64,000 nt of DNA. It comes from Octopus bimaculoides. Its lineage: Eukaryota. Location of the stretch: the NCBI RefSeq assembly GCF_001194135.2, contig NC_068981.1, positions 40,895,342-40,959,341 on the forward strand, given 5' to 3'. How positions within the stretch are numbered: the stretch's first letter is position 1; the number at the start of each line of letters is the position of its first letter. Below are positions 12,042 to 25,100 of this stretch, one piece after another. The translations under genes were made by a program, and so were the position numbers. The notes beneath the pieces are model-generated. The model had not been told where the DNA came from and made no database searches. It saw nothing but the letters and a program-made list of their open reading frames with translations.

Positions 12042-13359
12042 TGGGCTGGCTCCTGTGCGGGTGACACATGAGGTTTTTTCGAGCGAGATCGTTGCCGGTG
12101 CCCCTGGACTGGCTCATGTGCGGGCGACACATGAATCTTTCGAGCGGGATCGTTACCAGTACCCCTGGACTGGCTCATGTGCGGGCGACACATNNNNNNN
12201 NNNNNNNNNNNNNNNNNNNNNNNNNNNNNNNNNNNNNNNNNNNNNNNNNNNNNNNNNNNNNNNNNNNNNNNNNNNNNNNNNNNNNNNNNNNNNNNNNNNN
12301 NNNNNNNNNNNNNNNNNNNNNNNNNNNNNNNNNNNNNNNNNNNNNNNNNNNNNNNNNNNNNNNNNNNNNNNNNNNNNNNNNNNNNNNNNNNNNNNNNNNN
12401 NNNNNNNNNNNNNNNNNNNNNNNNNNNNNNNNNNNNNNNNNNNNNNNNNNNNNNNNNNNNNNNNNNNNNNNNNNNNNNNNNNNNNNNNNNNNNNNNNNNN
12501 NNNNNNNNNNNNNNNNNNNNNNNNNNNNNNNNNNNNNNNNNNNNNNNNNNNNNNNNNNNNNNNNNNNNNNNNNNNNNNNNNNNNNNNNNNNNNNNNNNNN
12601 NNNNNNNNNNNNNNNNNNNNNNNNNNNNNNNNNNNNNNNNNNNNNNNNNNNNNNNNNNNNNNNNNNNNNNNNNNNNNNNNNNNNNNNNNNNNNNNNNNNN
12701 NNNNNNNNNNNNNNNNNNNNNNNNNNNNNNNNNNNNNNNNNNNNNNNNNNNNNNNNNNNNNNNNNNNNNNNNNNNNNNNNNNNNNNNNNNNNNNNNNNNN
12801 NNNNNNNNNNNNNNNNNNNNNNNNNNNNNNNNNNNNNNNNNNNNNNNNNNNNNNNNNNNNNNNNNNNNNNNNNNNNNNNNNNNNNNNNNNNNNNNNNNNN
12901 NNNNNNNNNNNNNNNNNNNNNNNNNNNNNNNNNNNNNNNNNNNNNNNNNNNNNNNNNNNNNNNNNNNNNNNNNNNNNNNNNNNNNNNNNNNNNNNNNNNN
13001 NNNNNNNNNNNNNNNNNNNNNNNNNNNNNNNNNNNNNNNNNNNNNNNNNNNNNNNNNNNNNNNNNNNNNNNNNNNNNNNNNNNNNNNNNNNNNNNNNNAT
13101 GAGGTTTCTCGAGCGAGATGAGCGTGGCCGTTGCCAGTACCGCCTGACTGGCCTTCGTGCGGGTGACACGTAAAAGCACCCACTACACTCTCTGAGTGGT
13201 TGGCGTTAGGAAGGGCATCCAGCTCATCCAGCTGTAGAAACACTGCCAAATCAGATTGGAGCCTGGTGCAGCCATCTGGTTTCACCAGTCCTCAGTCAAA
13301 TCGTCCAACCCATGCTAGCATGGAAAGCGGACGTTAAACGACGATGATGATGATGATGA
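12042..13359 (+). mobile_element. RTE 3'-tail fragment with an expanded hairpin-unit array spanning an assembly gap
   Basis: About 60-bp units flank both sides of the N run at 12194-13098, then the standard tail ends in (GAT)n. Confidence 0.85.
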
Positions 13360-13911
13360 GCTTGTCATTCTCAAAGATTCAACAAAGTCTATAGCACAAC
13401 TCTTTCTTTTGAATAAATTTTTGAAAAAATGATGCACACAGTGTTATATATCCTCTAGAAGCATAATGTTGTGACAAGAGACTTTCCGTAATATTCAATA
13501 ATCACAAAAATTAATGATCTAAATAATGGCATCTTTGTACATTGAGTTATTGATATTTAACATAGACACAAATCCATAAACATTGAAGAAGGAAGCAGTT
13601 AATTACGTCATCCTCAGGACCTGTTTGACTGAAACTTACTTTATTGATCTTGTAACCTCAGTGTGATTTGAACTCAGAATATAAAGAGTCATAATTACAT
13701 GTTACAAGGTATTTTATCCATCATACCAGCTGGTTCTGCCATTCTGGAGATTAATTAAATTACTAGCAACTATAATCTCTACCAAAATAAAAATTTTCTT
13801 TATTGTTTTTGCTAGAATTTCATTTATTGATTGCACGTGGGTTTTTAGTATGAAAACAGGCTTAAAATATTAAATCCTTTTTTTTCTTTTTACTGTTTAT
13901 TTATTTTGTAG

Positions 13912-14060
13912 CTTGCTAAATGAAACACTGGCACCAAACACAACAACAAGCAAGCCTTCAACCACAAAAGTTATGACACTTGAGGATCTTCCTGTGAAGG
14001 GATCTGCTGAAGAAGAACATCATAGCAGCTTAACAATTTTTTTCATCCTATTAGTAATTG
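13912..14060 (+). CDS. SLC9A8: NHE8 exon ([11 protein letters not shown]...[17 protein letters not shown])
   Basis: ttttgtAG acceptor at 13910-13911 and G|GTAAGT donor. One leftover base at the start requires an upstream exon ending in phase 2. Confidence 0.9.
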
Positions 14061-17000
14061 GTAAGTTATATATTTTCCAAACTGATTTAAATCTAAAACA
14101 TTTTTAAATACTTATTTCTACCATTTTATATTGTGTGTGCATATGTTATTAATATGCTACTACATGTTAATGTTAAAAATTTTCTAACTTTTATAGCTAT
14201 CTGTATCCTCTTGGTGCATAGTTTAATCCAGACTGATTTCCATTATGTTCCTGAAAGTATTGTTATAGTTCTTATAGGTAAGCAAATTATTTTCCTAATA
14301 ATTTTCACACTGTATTATTTATTAGTTTCAGAATCTTTGATAGTAGATTTGTAGTGGCTGAGCCACCATTCGTAGCGGCTGAAGTGACATGCCATATTAC
14401 GCTGATATGATGTAGCTGACTGCCAAATGTAGCATGTAGATGTAACACTTGAAGGTTCCCACATCGGAGTAAGCAGTGAAGAACATTGAAGAATCAACAC
14501 CAAGAAGGAAGAAATATTATTTACATATGTTTATTCGTTTGCCCGGTAGGTAGTTAGAGAGACAGCAGAAACTGTAGTGACAGTGACTACAAGTTCACTC
14601 GCTAATTGATAGTTGATAGTAAGAAAGAAACCACAGACATTCAAATAGAAAACATGTAGCGAGAAAAAACAATGTAGTTGAAAGAATCATACAACATGTG
14701 TGCCTACATTAAATATGTTCAATATATTTATGTATTAAATGTGCTAACTTATTCTGAAACTATAATAAACTCATAATCGTCACCTCATTTTTATGTCAGC
14801 TTTCCATACTGGCATGGATTGGATGTTGCAGTCTGAATCCATTTTTATTTGAAGTTGCTGCCACCTGAAATGAGTCAGAGGTTCATATCTCACTCATACG
14901 TTTTATTTTGTTGGCATGGTTTTGTTGGTGGCCCTTTTCTGAATAGCATTAAGGGTGTGTGTGCATGTGTGTAAGTAGCAGTACCATCCTAGATGTGGGA
15001 GTTGTTAGTATTCCATTGTGGAACACTAACATCTGAGTTATGTAGTGTGTAATTAAAAGTAGTGGGGGTTTGAAATATTATCTGGTTCAATGATGTACAT
15101 CATCGAAAGATTATATGATTAGCTTCTACCAAATTCTATAAAACGTAAGTCTATCCAAGGCACAACAAGAAAACACTTCCCAAAATACTGCACAATGGGT
15201 TTGAACCTGGAAATCACATGGTTCTGAAGTGAACTTTTTAACCCCACAATAGAACATTCTCCTCAAGTCATCTCCCCAGAGATGACTGTCTGTAGTCATT
15301 TTTTAAAGTAAACCCTGACTTAATTTCAGCAATTCTAAGGGATTACTCAGATTTTTATTTACAGTTATGAAGTGTTCAAATTTTGGTTCTTTGTAGATGC
15401 TCCAAACCAGCAAAGTCACCAGGCCTGAAAATATCCCTTCCATTACCCTCAAACATTACACTCCAGAGCTAACTCCTGTACTTGCCAAAATCTTCAAGCT
15501 CTCTCTCTCTCTCTCTCTCCCCACCAGATCTACTCTTTAGAAACATGTTACAGTGTATCTTATTCCTAACAAAGGCAACCCCTCTGAACCTAATACCATC
15601 AGTATGTCTAAGAAAATGGAAACAGCCATTAACAAAAACATTCTGCAAACTCTTCTGTCATTCTCTTTTCTCTGGGGATGTGCCAATTTTGTCTCTTTTG
15701 ACAGTAAGAAAGCACAAGTGCTATCCATATCATCATGCTACACTCCACTTAAACATGTACAACATGCTATTAGAGCCCTCTCAATTGCTTTAAATGTTGA
15801 GCTTTGTTTTTGACTACAATCTCATCAGTTGAAAAAAAACCCATCCTTAACATAGCTAGGATTGCATCCCAGTGAATGTTCCTTCTCTTCAGAGCCAGAA
15901 GATACTTCAGCTCTAAACATCATTGACACTCATCATCATCATCATCGTTTAACATCCGTTTTCCATGCTAGCATGGGTTGGACAGTTTCACTGGGGTCTG
16001 GGAAGCCAGGAGGCTGCACCAGGCTCCAGTCTGATCTGGCAGTGCTTCTACAGCTGAATGCCCTTCCTAACGCCAACCACTCCATGAGTGTAGTGGGTGC
16101 TTTTTACGTGCCACTGGCAAACGTCCCAGGGGAGGCTGTCAACAGCCACAATCGGTTGGTGCTTTTTATGTGCCACTGGCACGGAAGCCAGTCAAGGCAG
16201 CGCTGGCATCGGCCACGTTCGGATGGTGCTTTTTACGTGCCACCAGCACAGGTATCACAACTACAATTTCCATTTGATTTTCATTTTGATGTTGATGTAC
16301 TTGACTCAATAGGTTTCCTCAAGCACAGCAGATCACCCTACGATCCAAGGTACTTTTGAATGGGCTGGGGCTGGTTATGCAAAACTGGTGTAGGATACAG
16401 CCGTGAACTCACTTTATTTGCTGGGTCTTCGCAGTCACAGCATATCTCCAGAGGTCGCGGTCTTTCGTCATTGCCTCTGTGAGGCCCAACGTTTGAAGGT
16501 CATGCTTCACCACCTCATCCCATGTCTTCCTGGGTCTACCTCTACCCCAGATTCCTCTTTCTATCTTTTCTAACGCTACTATAATGACTTCTGTTCCATA
16601 GTGGTAGCTGGGTTCATGCTGCCTCTACTCAGGTATTCCTGATCCTCTCATATTTTTTATCTTTATTGTGTCCAACCAAGCCCTGGCATAACCACTACAC
16701 CAAGTTCTTCCTTCTTTAGAACATTGGTCCTCTGGAGCTCCCTCCCTGCTCTTGTTGCTTGCAGTGTTGAAGAACATTAACATTTCCAATCTCACCAGTC
16801 TTAGAAGGTCTGTGAAGCTCTTGGTCACTGTCTTCCAACCCCAGCAAGTAAAAACAAAAAAGATTGTCGGTATTTTGTTGCAGTTAGTGGGGACTTAATT
16901 GCAAATCCTATTGTAGGGTGTTTTGGAGATCTCCATTCAAGGAGGTGAGAGGCATAAAGGTTGCATGTGGACAAAGTTTATATGAAGAAATGTAATAAGG

Positions 17001-19122
17001 AATGTGTACACCAAATTATTCAGTGAGCAATTGTATTGTTGAAATATCCCATTTCAAAACACAGGAAACTTACCAAAAAATATCTTAAAAAACTAAGTTT
17101 TCAAATAATGTTCATCTTGAAGTTATTATTTATTATAAAAAATTTCTTTCAGATTTTTATGTACTTTTCTATTTTATTTTTTATTTTAAGGAGCTTTAAT
17201 TGGATTAACTTTAAAAATATTCAAATTTGGCAACTGGAGGGTATGTATGTTTTTTTAATTTTGATTCATTCATAATTTAACATAAGTAAAAATTGATTCC
17301 TAAAACTATTATCTAATTAAATTTTTATCAATATTCTTTATTTTTGATGTGTTGACATCAAACATTGATAAATCATTTTTGTCTACACATGTATGCTTAT
17401 GCTATAATATAATTTACTCTAGATTTATATTGATTTCTAATACTGGAAGATATGTGTTCAAAGAATGTCAATTAATGATTTAACTCATTGGTACATAAAC
17501 ACAAAGTTTTAGAGGAATATAGTTGATTGCATTAACTAAGTACATATTTGGTACTGAATTTTTTTCACTCTGGAGGGATGAAAGAAAAATTAACTTTGGT
17601 TGTATCTTAATTTACTATAGAGAAATATTGCAAACCAACGTGACCCAGCCCTCTGCTTATTGTCATTTAATAAGAAAATGGTAAATATAAGCATAAGTGA
17701 ATTCAGATTTTAGTGTTACTAATTGATATTTCATTTTTGATTTAATTTATTGAATAAAAAAATATAAAAAATTTTTTTTGAAGTATTCTTATTGTAATAT
17801 TAATGTATAACTTTTTTTATTCCATAGAATGAAGAAGCTTTTAGTCCAACTATATTTTTTATTGTACTCCTTCCACCAATTATATTTGAATCCGGATACA
17901 ATTTACATAAGGTAAAGATACATTTTTCAAATATTATTTTGATTTGAAATCTCTTTCTCATGTTGAACATTATTATAATTGAGGAAAATTATCATTAGAG
18001 TGATGAATTGGTAGCTAGCCTTCAATTTCTATTAGAATGTTAGTACTGCATAGCAGATTTTACTATAAAATGTTCATCTGTTAAGTATTGAAAACTATTA
18101 TATAATAAAAAAATAAGCATATTCTTTTAATATTTACATCTTTTCATCTACTTTACATAATATTTTTATTAAAGTATTTGTGTCTGATATGTAGCATATC
18201 AGATAATCAATGTGCATGGCTTTCTGATCAAGTTCTGTGTTTAACTTATAGTAAATGCAAGTTTAACTCCAGTTCTTGTGAGCCACTAGTCTATCAGACA
18301 TTTTTGCTATTTTCATTCATAAGGCTTGTATAATCAATCAGTAGAATTTTGATATCAGAACATGGTATAAGATGGTGTTGATAGCCCAAATTATCTTTTG
18401 TACTATGATTGCTTACTTATTATTGTTATTATTATTTTGGGAGGGGATTTTCATTTTGTTTTAATGAATAAATATCCATGCACTCTTTTAGAAACCTAAG
18501 CTAAATTTAAAGTACTTAATTACAATTTTTAAAAATATTTGTTGTGAAACTTTAAACAGATGTAAATAGTCTTTGTTCACTATTCACCATAAGACAAGTA
18601 TTCATCTAGGTATATTTACATCATCATCATCATCATCGTTTAACATCCGCTTGAACGATGATGATGATGATGATATCTATTTAAAAGTTTCACTGCAAAA
18701 CTTAAGCAGGTATTAATACACTTTGATGAATACTTGTCTTCTGGTGAATGGTCAACAAATAATGAAACTTAAGGCAATCTTTTTTTCTATATGTGAAGAG
18801 AATAACTATATTTTTACATTTGTTTAAAGCTTTGCAGTAAAGGTTACATAAACTTATTATTTTTACATTTTCATATTTCAGGGGAATTTTTTCCAGAATA
18901 TTGGCTCTATTATGGTATTTGCTATTTTTGGAACTGTTATTTCTGCAATGTTTGTTGGTGGTGGAGTATACCTTCTTGGACAAGTAAATATGATTTCCTA
19001 ATAGTATCCACTTGCACTAAGAATAAGATAAAATTACTACCTGTTTTTATAGCAAGTTTATCCCGCCACCTCCAATTTTTAGTTCATGCAATTGAAAAAG
19101 ACCACGTTATTTATGGGATGAC

Positions 19123-19166
<44 letters not shown>

Positions 19167-22100
19167 TACACACTGTTCTTGCTTCATGGAGTTGGGGGTC
19201 ATCTTAGGTTAGTGGTCTCAGACACGACATCATATGTAGAGCCAACCAGGTCCATCACTGTCAGTCCCATGCCAGTCCCTCTGCATCCTCCAAGGTGATG
19301 TCAAGCTTCTGAAGATTTTCCTTAATCTAGTCCAGCCATCTGATACAGGTCCTGCCATTAGGCCTCTTCCAACCCACAACTGTTGTATGAAATGTGAGTA
19401 AAACCCTGGTAGAATTATCTAGCAGGAGACAGAGGACATATCCAAACCAGCGCATGCAACAGATAGCTACGAGGTGGGAGGCTGTGAGCTGATGCATGCG
19501 CACACACAGTTCTTTGTTAGAAACATGATAGTACCATCTGATGTTCTCAATGACATACATACACACACATATAGGAAAAATAATTGCACTTATAGGATTA
19601 TTCAGTCATTCTAATTTTGTCATGACTAATTTGGAAGTTATAATATATTTGCCTTTCATTTCTCCTAGATCAGGCTTGGCCAACTCAAATTACATTGCAG
19701 GCCACTTTGATCGCAGAAAGTTTTTTGAGGGCCACTTGTATACTGAAAGAATTAAAAGCATTTTGCTTTCTCACGCTATTATTACAATAATGAATGAATG
19801 TTGATTCAACATGAAATATTATCGTTACAAAAAATAGTATCTTTCTTTTTTTACTTTCCATTACAATCTTTAATTTTTGATAAAATTTTTTAAATGTTTG
19901 TTTAAATAAGCCCATTTTTAAGAAAGTATCAAGTGGGCTGCAAAATAAAAGTCTGTGGGCCACATGCGGCCCACAGGCCTCAGGTTGGTCAGCCTTGTCC
20001 TAGATTATTATCTTTTGTTAACTTCTTTATATTTTCATCTCATTGTATTAAGTGTGTTCTGCTTTAGAATATATAAAATTAGAATAGAAGTATTATGGTA
20101 ATATGTTTTTCCTGATACCGACTATATATCTTATACAAACTTTGCTATACTTTAATTCATGATTTCTCCTAACTTCAGTGTAGTTTGAAAATTTTAAATG
20201 CTCATGAAAAAAATTCTTTTAAAATATTTGATTGTACAGTTCTGAGTGAGAATTATTTTAAATTCAAGATTTTTATTTCATTTTCAGGCTGAAATAGCAT
20301 ATAAATTGGATATTGTAGAAAGCCTTGCATTTGGATCCTTAATTTCAGCTGTAGATCCTGTTGCAACACTTGCTATTTTTCATGCTTTAGATGTTGACCC
20401 AGTCCTGTATATGCTTGTGTTTGGTGAAAGTGTTCTTAATGATGCTGTGTCTATTGTGTTGACCACGTAAGTAATCTTTATTAATATGTATTACTATAAA
20501 AATTAAAAGAAACTATAATGGTTTACTAATTTTTGTTATTCAGTACTTGTGTCAGTTGTATTTAATCTCATATAAATCCAACGGCTGGTCAGCATTTTCT
20601 AGCTATAAAAATAAGACTAACCTTTATGGAGCAGTGTTATCTTTGTGAACAATGTGTATTTCTGAAAAGTTATTTCAAAGCCCAAGATTTATTACAAGTT
20701 TAATGGGGTTTTTTTCTGTGTTGTTTATGAGTGTTAGATGCAGCGTTGATTGTTTGCTCTTTTGAGATATATTCTTCCTGTAAATTGGTGTTTATGCTTA
20801 AGGATAGAATTGAGATTACTAACATATGAAATATCTGTGCTTCAAAGAAAGTTGTAATGGATTTTTGTCTGTGAAATAAAAAAGTAAAGGTGACTATTTG
20901 TTAATGCAGAGAAGAATGAATGCAGTTAGGATAACTGAACCCAAGGGTACCTTAAGTTTAACATAATCGGATTCATCAGCATGCTGAAATAGTGCAATTT
21001 AGAATTATACCTGCGTCTGTCAGTGATGTTGCCATCGTCATCATCATCATAATTTGTTTAACCTCTGGTCAGCCCTGAATGAATAAACTTCAAAGTATGT
21101 TCAAACCATGACTATCACTTCTATTTATTGGGCATTACAGATCTTGAACTACATTATCTAACTCTTCATTTTCAAGATACTTAGGTGTAATTTAATGAAG
21201 ATTTGGCTGTTATTTGAAGCTGGCCAAGCACCCTAAAAGAGGCTCCCTTGTTAACTTTTTTTTTTAGTAAAAGGTTTAAATAGTGGGTTGATAGACTTTC
21301 AGACCAGTTATGGTTGAAACCTTTACTAATGTTACATCATTTTCAACTGTTCCTTTCTAGAAGTAATAGAAATAAGAATGATTGGATATGCATTTATGTA
21401 TTTTTATATCTCAAGTTAAGTGCCAACAGAAAAAGATTTGTTATGGCATAGGGTTAACTTTTATCATAAACATCATTTGGAAGTGTGGTACCTTGTTTCT
21501 ATCTTTTACTTACAAGCCAACAAAGAGTGAATCTCTGCTAGGCTGCTTTTCTAGCAAGACATGTGTAGTTGTGTTTGAAGAATTAAAATGGAAGTAGTAT
21601 GAAGTCAGTTTTGACTCCTTTAATGTACTTCCAACAAAAGTTAATAATTCATTTAAACTTATATGGGAGAGGGATCATATCTTGCTTACAATAACTAAAA
21701 TGTTTTCTCTTTTCAGAACTGTCTTAGAGTTTGCTTCACCTAATGCTGTGTTTACAAGTGGTGCAGCAACTTTTTTCTATGCCTTAAAAAGATTTTGCCT
21801 GATGTTTTTTGCTTCTGCTGCTATTGGTATTGTAATTGGACTTTTAAGTGCTATTGTATCCTTTCATATTGGAAATATTTTTGTAAAATATAATTTGGTA
21901 AAATTTCTCATCACAAACAAATATGCTTACAAGCAATTTTTCAAACATAAAACATCTCGAGTGACAAGCAGTGTCTCAAGTAATAAACAGACAAACTGGA
22001 AACAATGGTTGGCATCAAACTGAGAGTATCCGCAGGTGAGTGTCAGTTGCTGTCTAGCTTTCACTCAGTGCACATCCCTGCTTGAATTTGCCATGCCTTC

Positions 22101-25100
22101 TCTTGAATTTCTTATTCTTTTACTTGTTGCAGTCATGTGACTGGAGCCATGCTGGAGTACCAACATAAAGGGTTTTAGTTGAAGAAATTGACCCCAGAAC
22201 TTATTCTTTGTAAGCCTTGTACTTATTCTATCAATGTTTTTTGCCAAACTGCTAAGTTACACGGACATAAACACACCAACATCAGTTGTCAAGTGATGGT
22301 GGGGGACAAACACTGACACACAAATACATACATACACGACAGGCATTTTTTAATTTCTGTCTACCAAATCCACTCAAGGCTTTGGTCAGCCCGAGGCTAT
22401 AGTTGAAGACACTTGCCCAAGGTTTCATACAATGGTACTGGGAAGCAGGTTTCTTATCACACAGCTACACGTGCCTATAGGGATAATAGTTTCAGTCTTT
22501 GAACATTTCAGGTGATGAATGGCCTTCAAGAACAATTAAATTTGTAAGCTAAGGTTCCACTATATATTATAATTAAAACTAGTATCTGCATATTCATTTT
22601 TTATTAATGCTATTCAACTGTGGACCATTACTGGATCACTGCTGTCAATGGTTTTAGTTGGTTATAATGACACCCCCTGCTCTACTTGTTTCAGTCTGTT
22701 ATTTTATCTATATTTATTGAGTATATCAATTTATATTTATCAAATCACTAAATTATAAGCTTTAACACAACAACAAGTGGTTTACATGGGCTTCAGTGGA
22801 GCTGGCTACTGGCTGAAAAGAGTGATACTATTGTAGTAGTAGTAAACAAAATAAGGAAATTTCACATCTGAAAGCTAATGATTGCAGTATTTTGGTGATT
22901 AACTCATTGCCATTCAGTCAAGTGTCCTTCTTCTGGATGAAGTCTAGGGTGGGTGGGTGTATATGCAGCTGCACCACCATCCAATATGTATGAGTGATAC
23001 TTCAATGTGAGACTTAATTGCACTTTATAGAGGAATTGAGTTACCTAAGAGGAAATAGTCTGATTTAAAAATTAGTGTCATAGCAAAGTTTATAAAAGAG
23101 TTTCATTGGATAGAATACAGTTTGGATTTCAGCAGTGTATGGAGTCTTAGATTCTGTCTTTGTTTTAACAAAGAATAAATAAAAACACTATGCTCTGCAT
23201 TCATCAAGCTAGAAAAGGCTTTTCACTGCTTATGCTCTTTAATTTGATTAATGCTGTTAAAGATAGATCTAAAGGAACAGCTAATGATAACTCTTTGATT
23301 TGAGTTTTGTGTTTCTTTTCATAATCTCACTGGGACTCGGAATTGAATACTCTTGGTAACCTTGTTTTTAATGCAAAATGCAAAAAATGTTTTAAACTTC
23401 CAAGAATGGTTTCATGTCAAACTGTTGAAAACTCATTGAGTAATAAGACACCGAATAGCAACAGATGCTACAGCCTGGTAGCATTTGGGAATTGTCTTTA
23501 CTCATAGTGTAAGGAGAGAGTTAATCTATTCTCAAACTCCAGGAGTCTAAAGACTTATATTTAGCACTGATGTCAATAATGTTAAGCATATAAGAAAATA
23601 CCTTTTAGCTGGACACTCAGTCCTGTTACATGTAAATATGCTGAAAGACCTGATGTCTGTTCCCAAAAGGCAGATGAAATGAGGTATGTACTCAGGGGTA
23701 TAGCAAAAGGTTACAATGGATTTGAACTCACAAGCCATAAATTAGTCTGAGGAAAGAGCTTAATATTGGGTCTGTAGACTGAAGGGAATTAGAAATTTAG
23801 TTGCACTTGATTTCATTGTGATTTAGACTAACCAGAAAAATTATCTCTAAATAAATCATTTATTTCCATTTTATGAAAATGGTAATTAGTATTATCTAAA
23901 AGAAGTGTTGTGACATTTCATGAATATCAACATTGATACAAGAAATGTAATATATATACTAGCTGTAAAGAAATTATTACTAATTTACTGATTGTTTAAT
24001 GCAAATTTTGAGTTTTATCATCACCAGCACCTTTTCATAAATCCTGATTTATTTACTGTCATTTATGCAAATATTAATCGAGATAATAAACAGTAGCATT
24101 AAATTATTGTATCATTGCTTTACATTAAATATAAAAAGAAACAGTGGTTGTATTCTTGTAGTTTCCTTAATAAGCTTCAGTTACTGAAATCTATTGATTT
24201 GAGAAAAACTCCCTCCCTTGAATTTGGTATGATGCTTGTGTTCTCCTACTTGCCATATGGCCTTGCTGAAGGAATCCATTTATCAGGTATTTTACATTTA
24301 TTTATTTATTTAGTGTTTGTAAAAGATAGAAAGTACTGTTGCATATATCGTTTCTTGTTACATATTTATTTGTAAGATTGTAGTTATGGTGGGTGTATGT
24401 TGTAAACTGAAAAAAGTAATTACATTAATTGGTGCAAAAATACAAAATATCACTGTTGCTTCATTATAAATGGAAGTGATCATCATCATCATTTAATATC
24501 TATGTTCCATGGTAGCATGATCTGGACAGTTTGTCAAGGACTCAATGAGTCTAAGGACTACATCATGCTCCAGTGTCCGCTTTGGCAAGGTTTCTTTGAC
24601 TGGATGCCCTTCTGATGTCAACCACTTTATAATGTGCTTTTGACACATGAAATCTTTCGAGCGGGATCGTTGCCAGTGCCCCTGGACTGGCTCATGTGCA
24701 GGCGACACATGAAATCTTTTGAGCGAGATCGTTGCCAGTGCCCCTGAACTGGCTCTTGTGCGGGGCCGTCGTAGGATTTTCGAGCGAGATCGTTGCCGGT
24801 GCCCCTGGACTGGCTCTTGTGCGGGTGACACGAGGTTTTTCGAGCGAGATGAGTGTGGCCGTTGCCAGTACCACCTGACTGGCCTTCGTGCGGGTGACAC
24901 ATAAAAGCACCCACTACACTCTCTGAGTGGTTGGCGTTAGGAAGGGCATCCAGCTGTAGAAACTCTGCCAAATCAGATTGGAGCCTGGTGTGGCCATCTG
25001 GTTTCACCAGTCCTCAGTCAAATCGTCCAACCCATGCTAGCATGGAAAGCGGACATTAAACGACGACGACGACTAGCACTACTGAGGTTGCCATGCAGCT

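Noticed and set aside
11840-13285. Long ORFs listed in the track here and at 53364-54180
   Set aside because: They are artefacts of translating through N runs; the flanks are non-coding retroposon tails.
18181-18245. U2 snRNA-like words and an 11-bp hairpin
   Set aside because: The match is limited to a few short words (gatcaagt, tctgata) in the wrong order and is compatible with chance in AT-rich DNA.
21856-22023. ORF extension after NHE8 exon 21717-21855
   Set aside because: Similarity to NHE8 stops exactly at the U12 donor; the rest is intron read-through, considered only as a possible poison isoform.
24642-24905. Repeat-spacer appearance suggesting a CRISPR array
   Set aside because: Eukaryotic intron, no cas genes, the variable parts are related to each other rather than unique spacers, and the units belong to the RTE 3' UTR.
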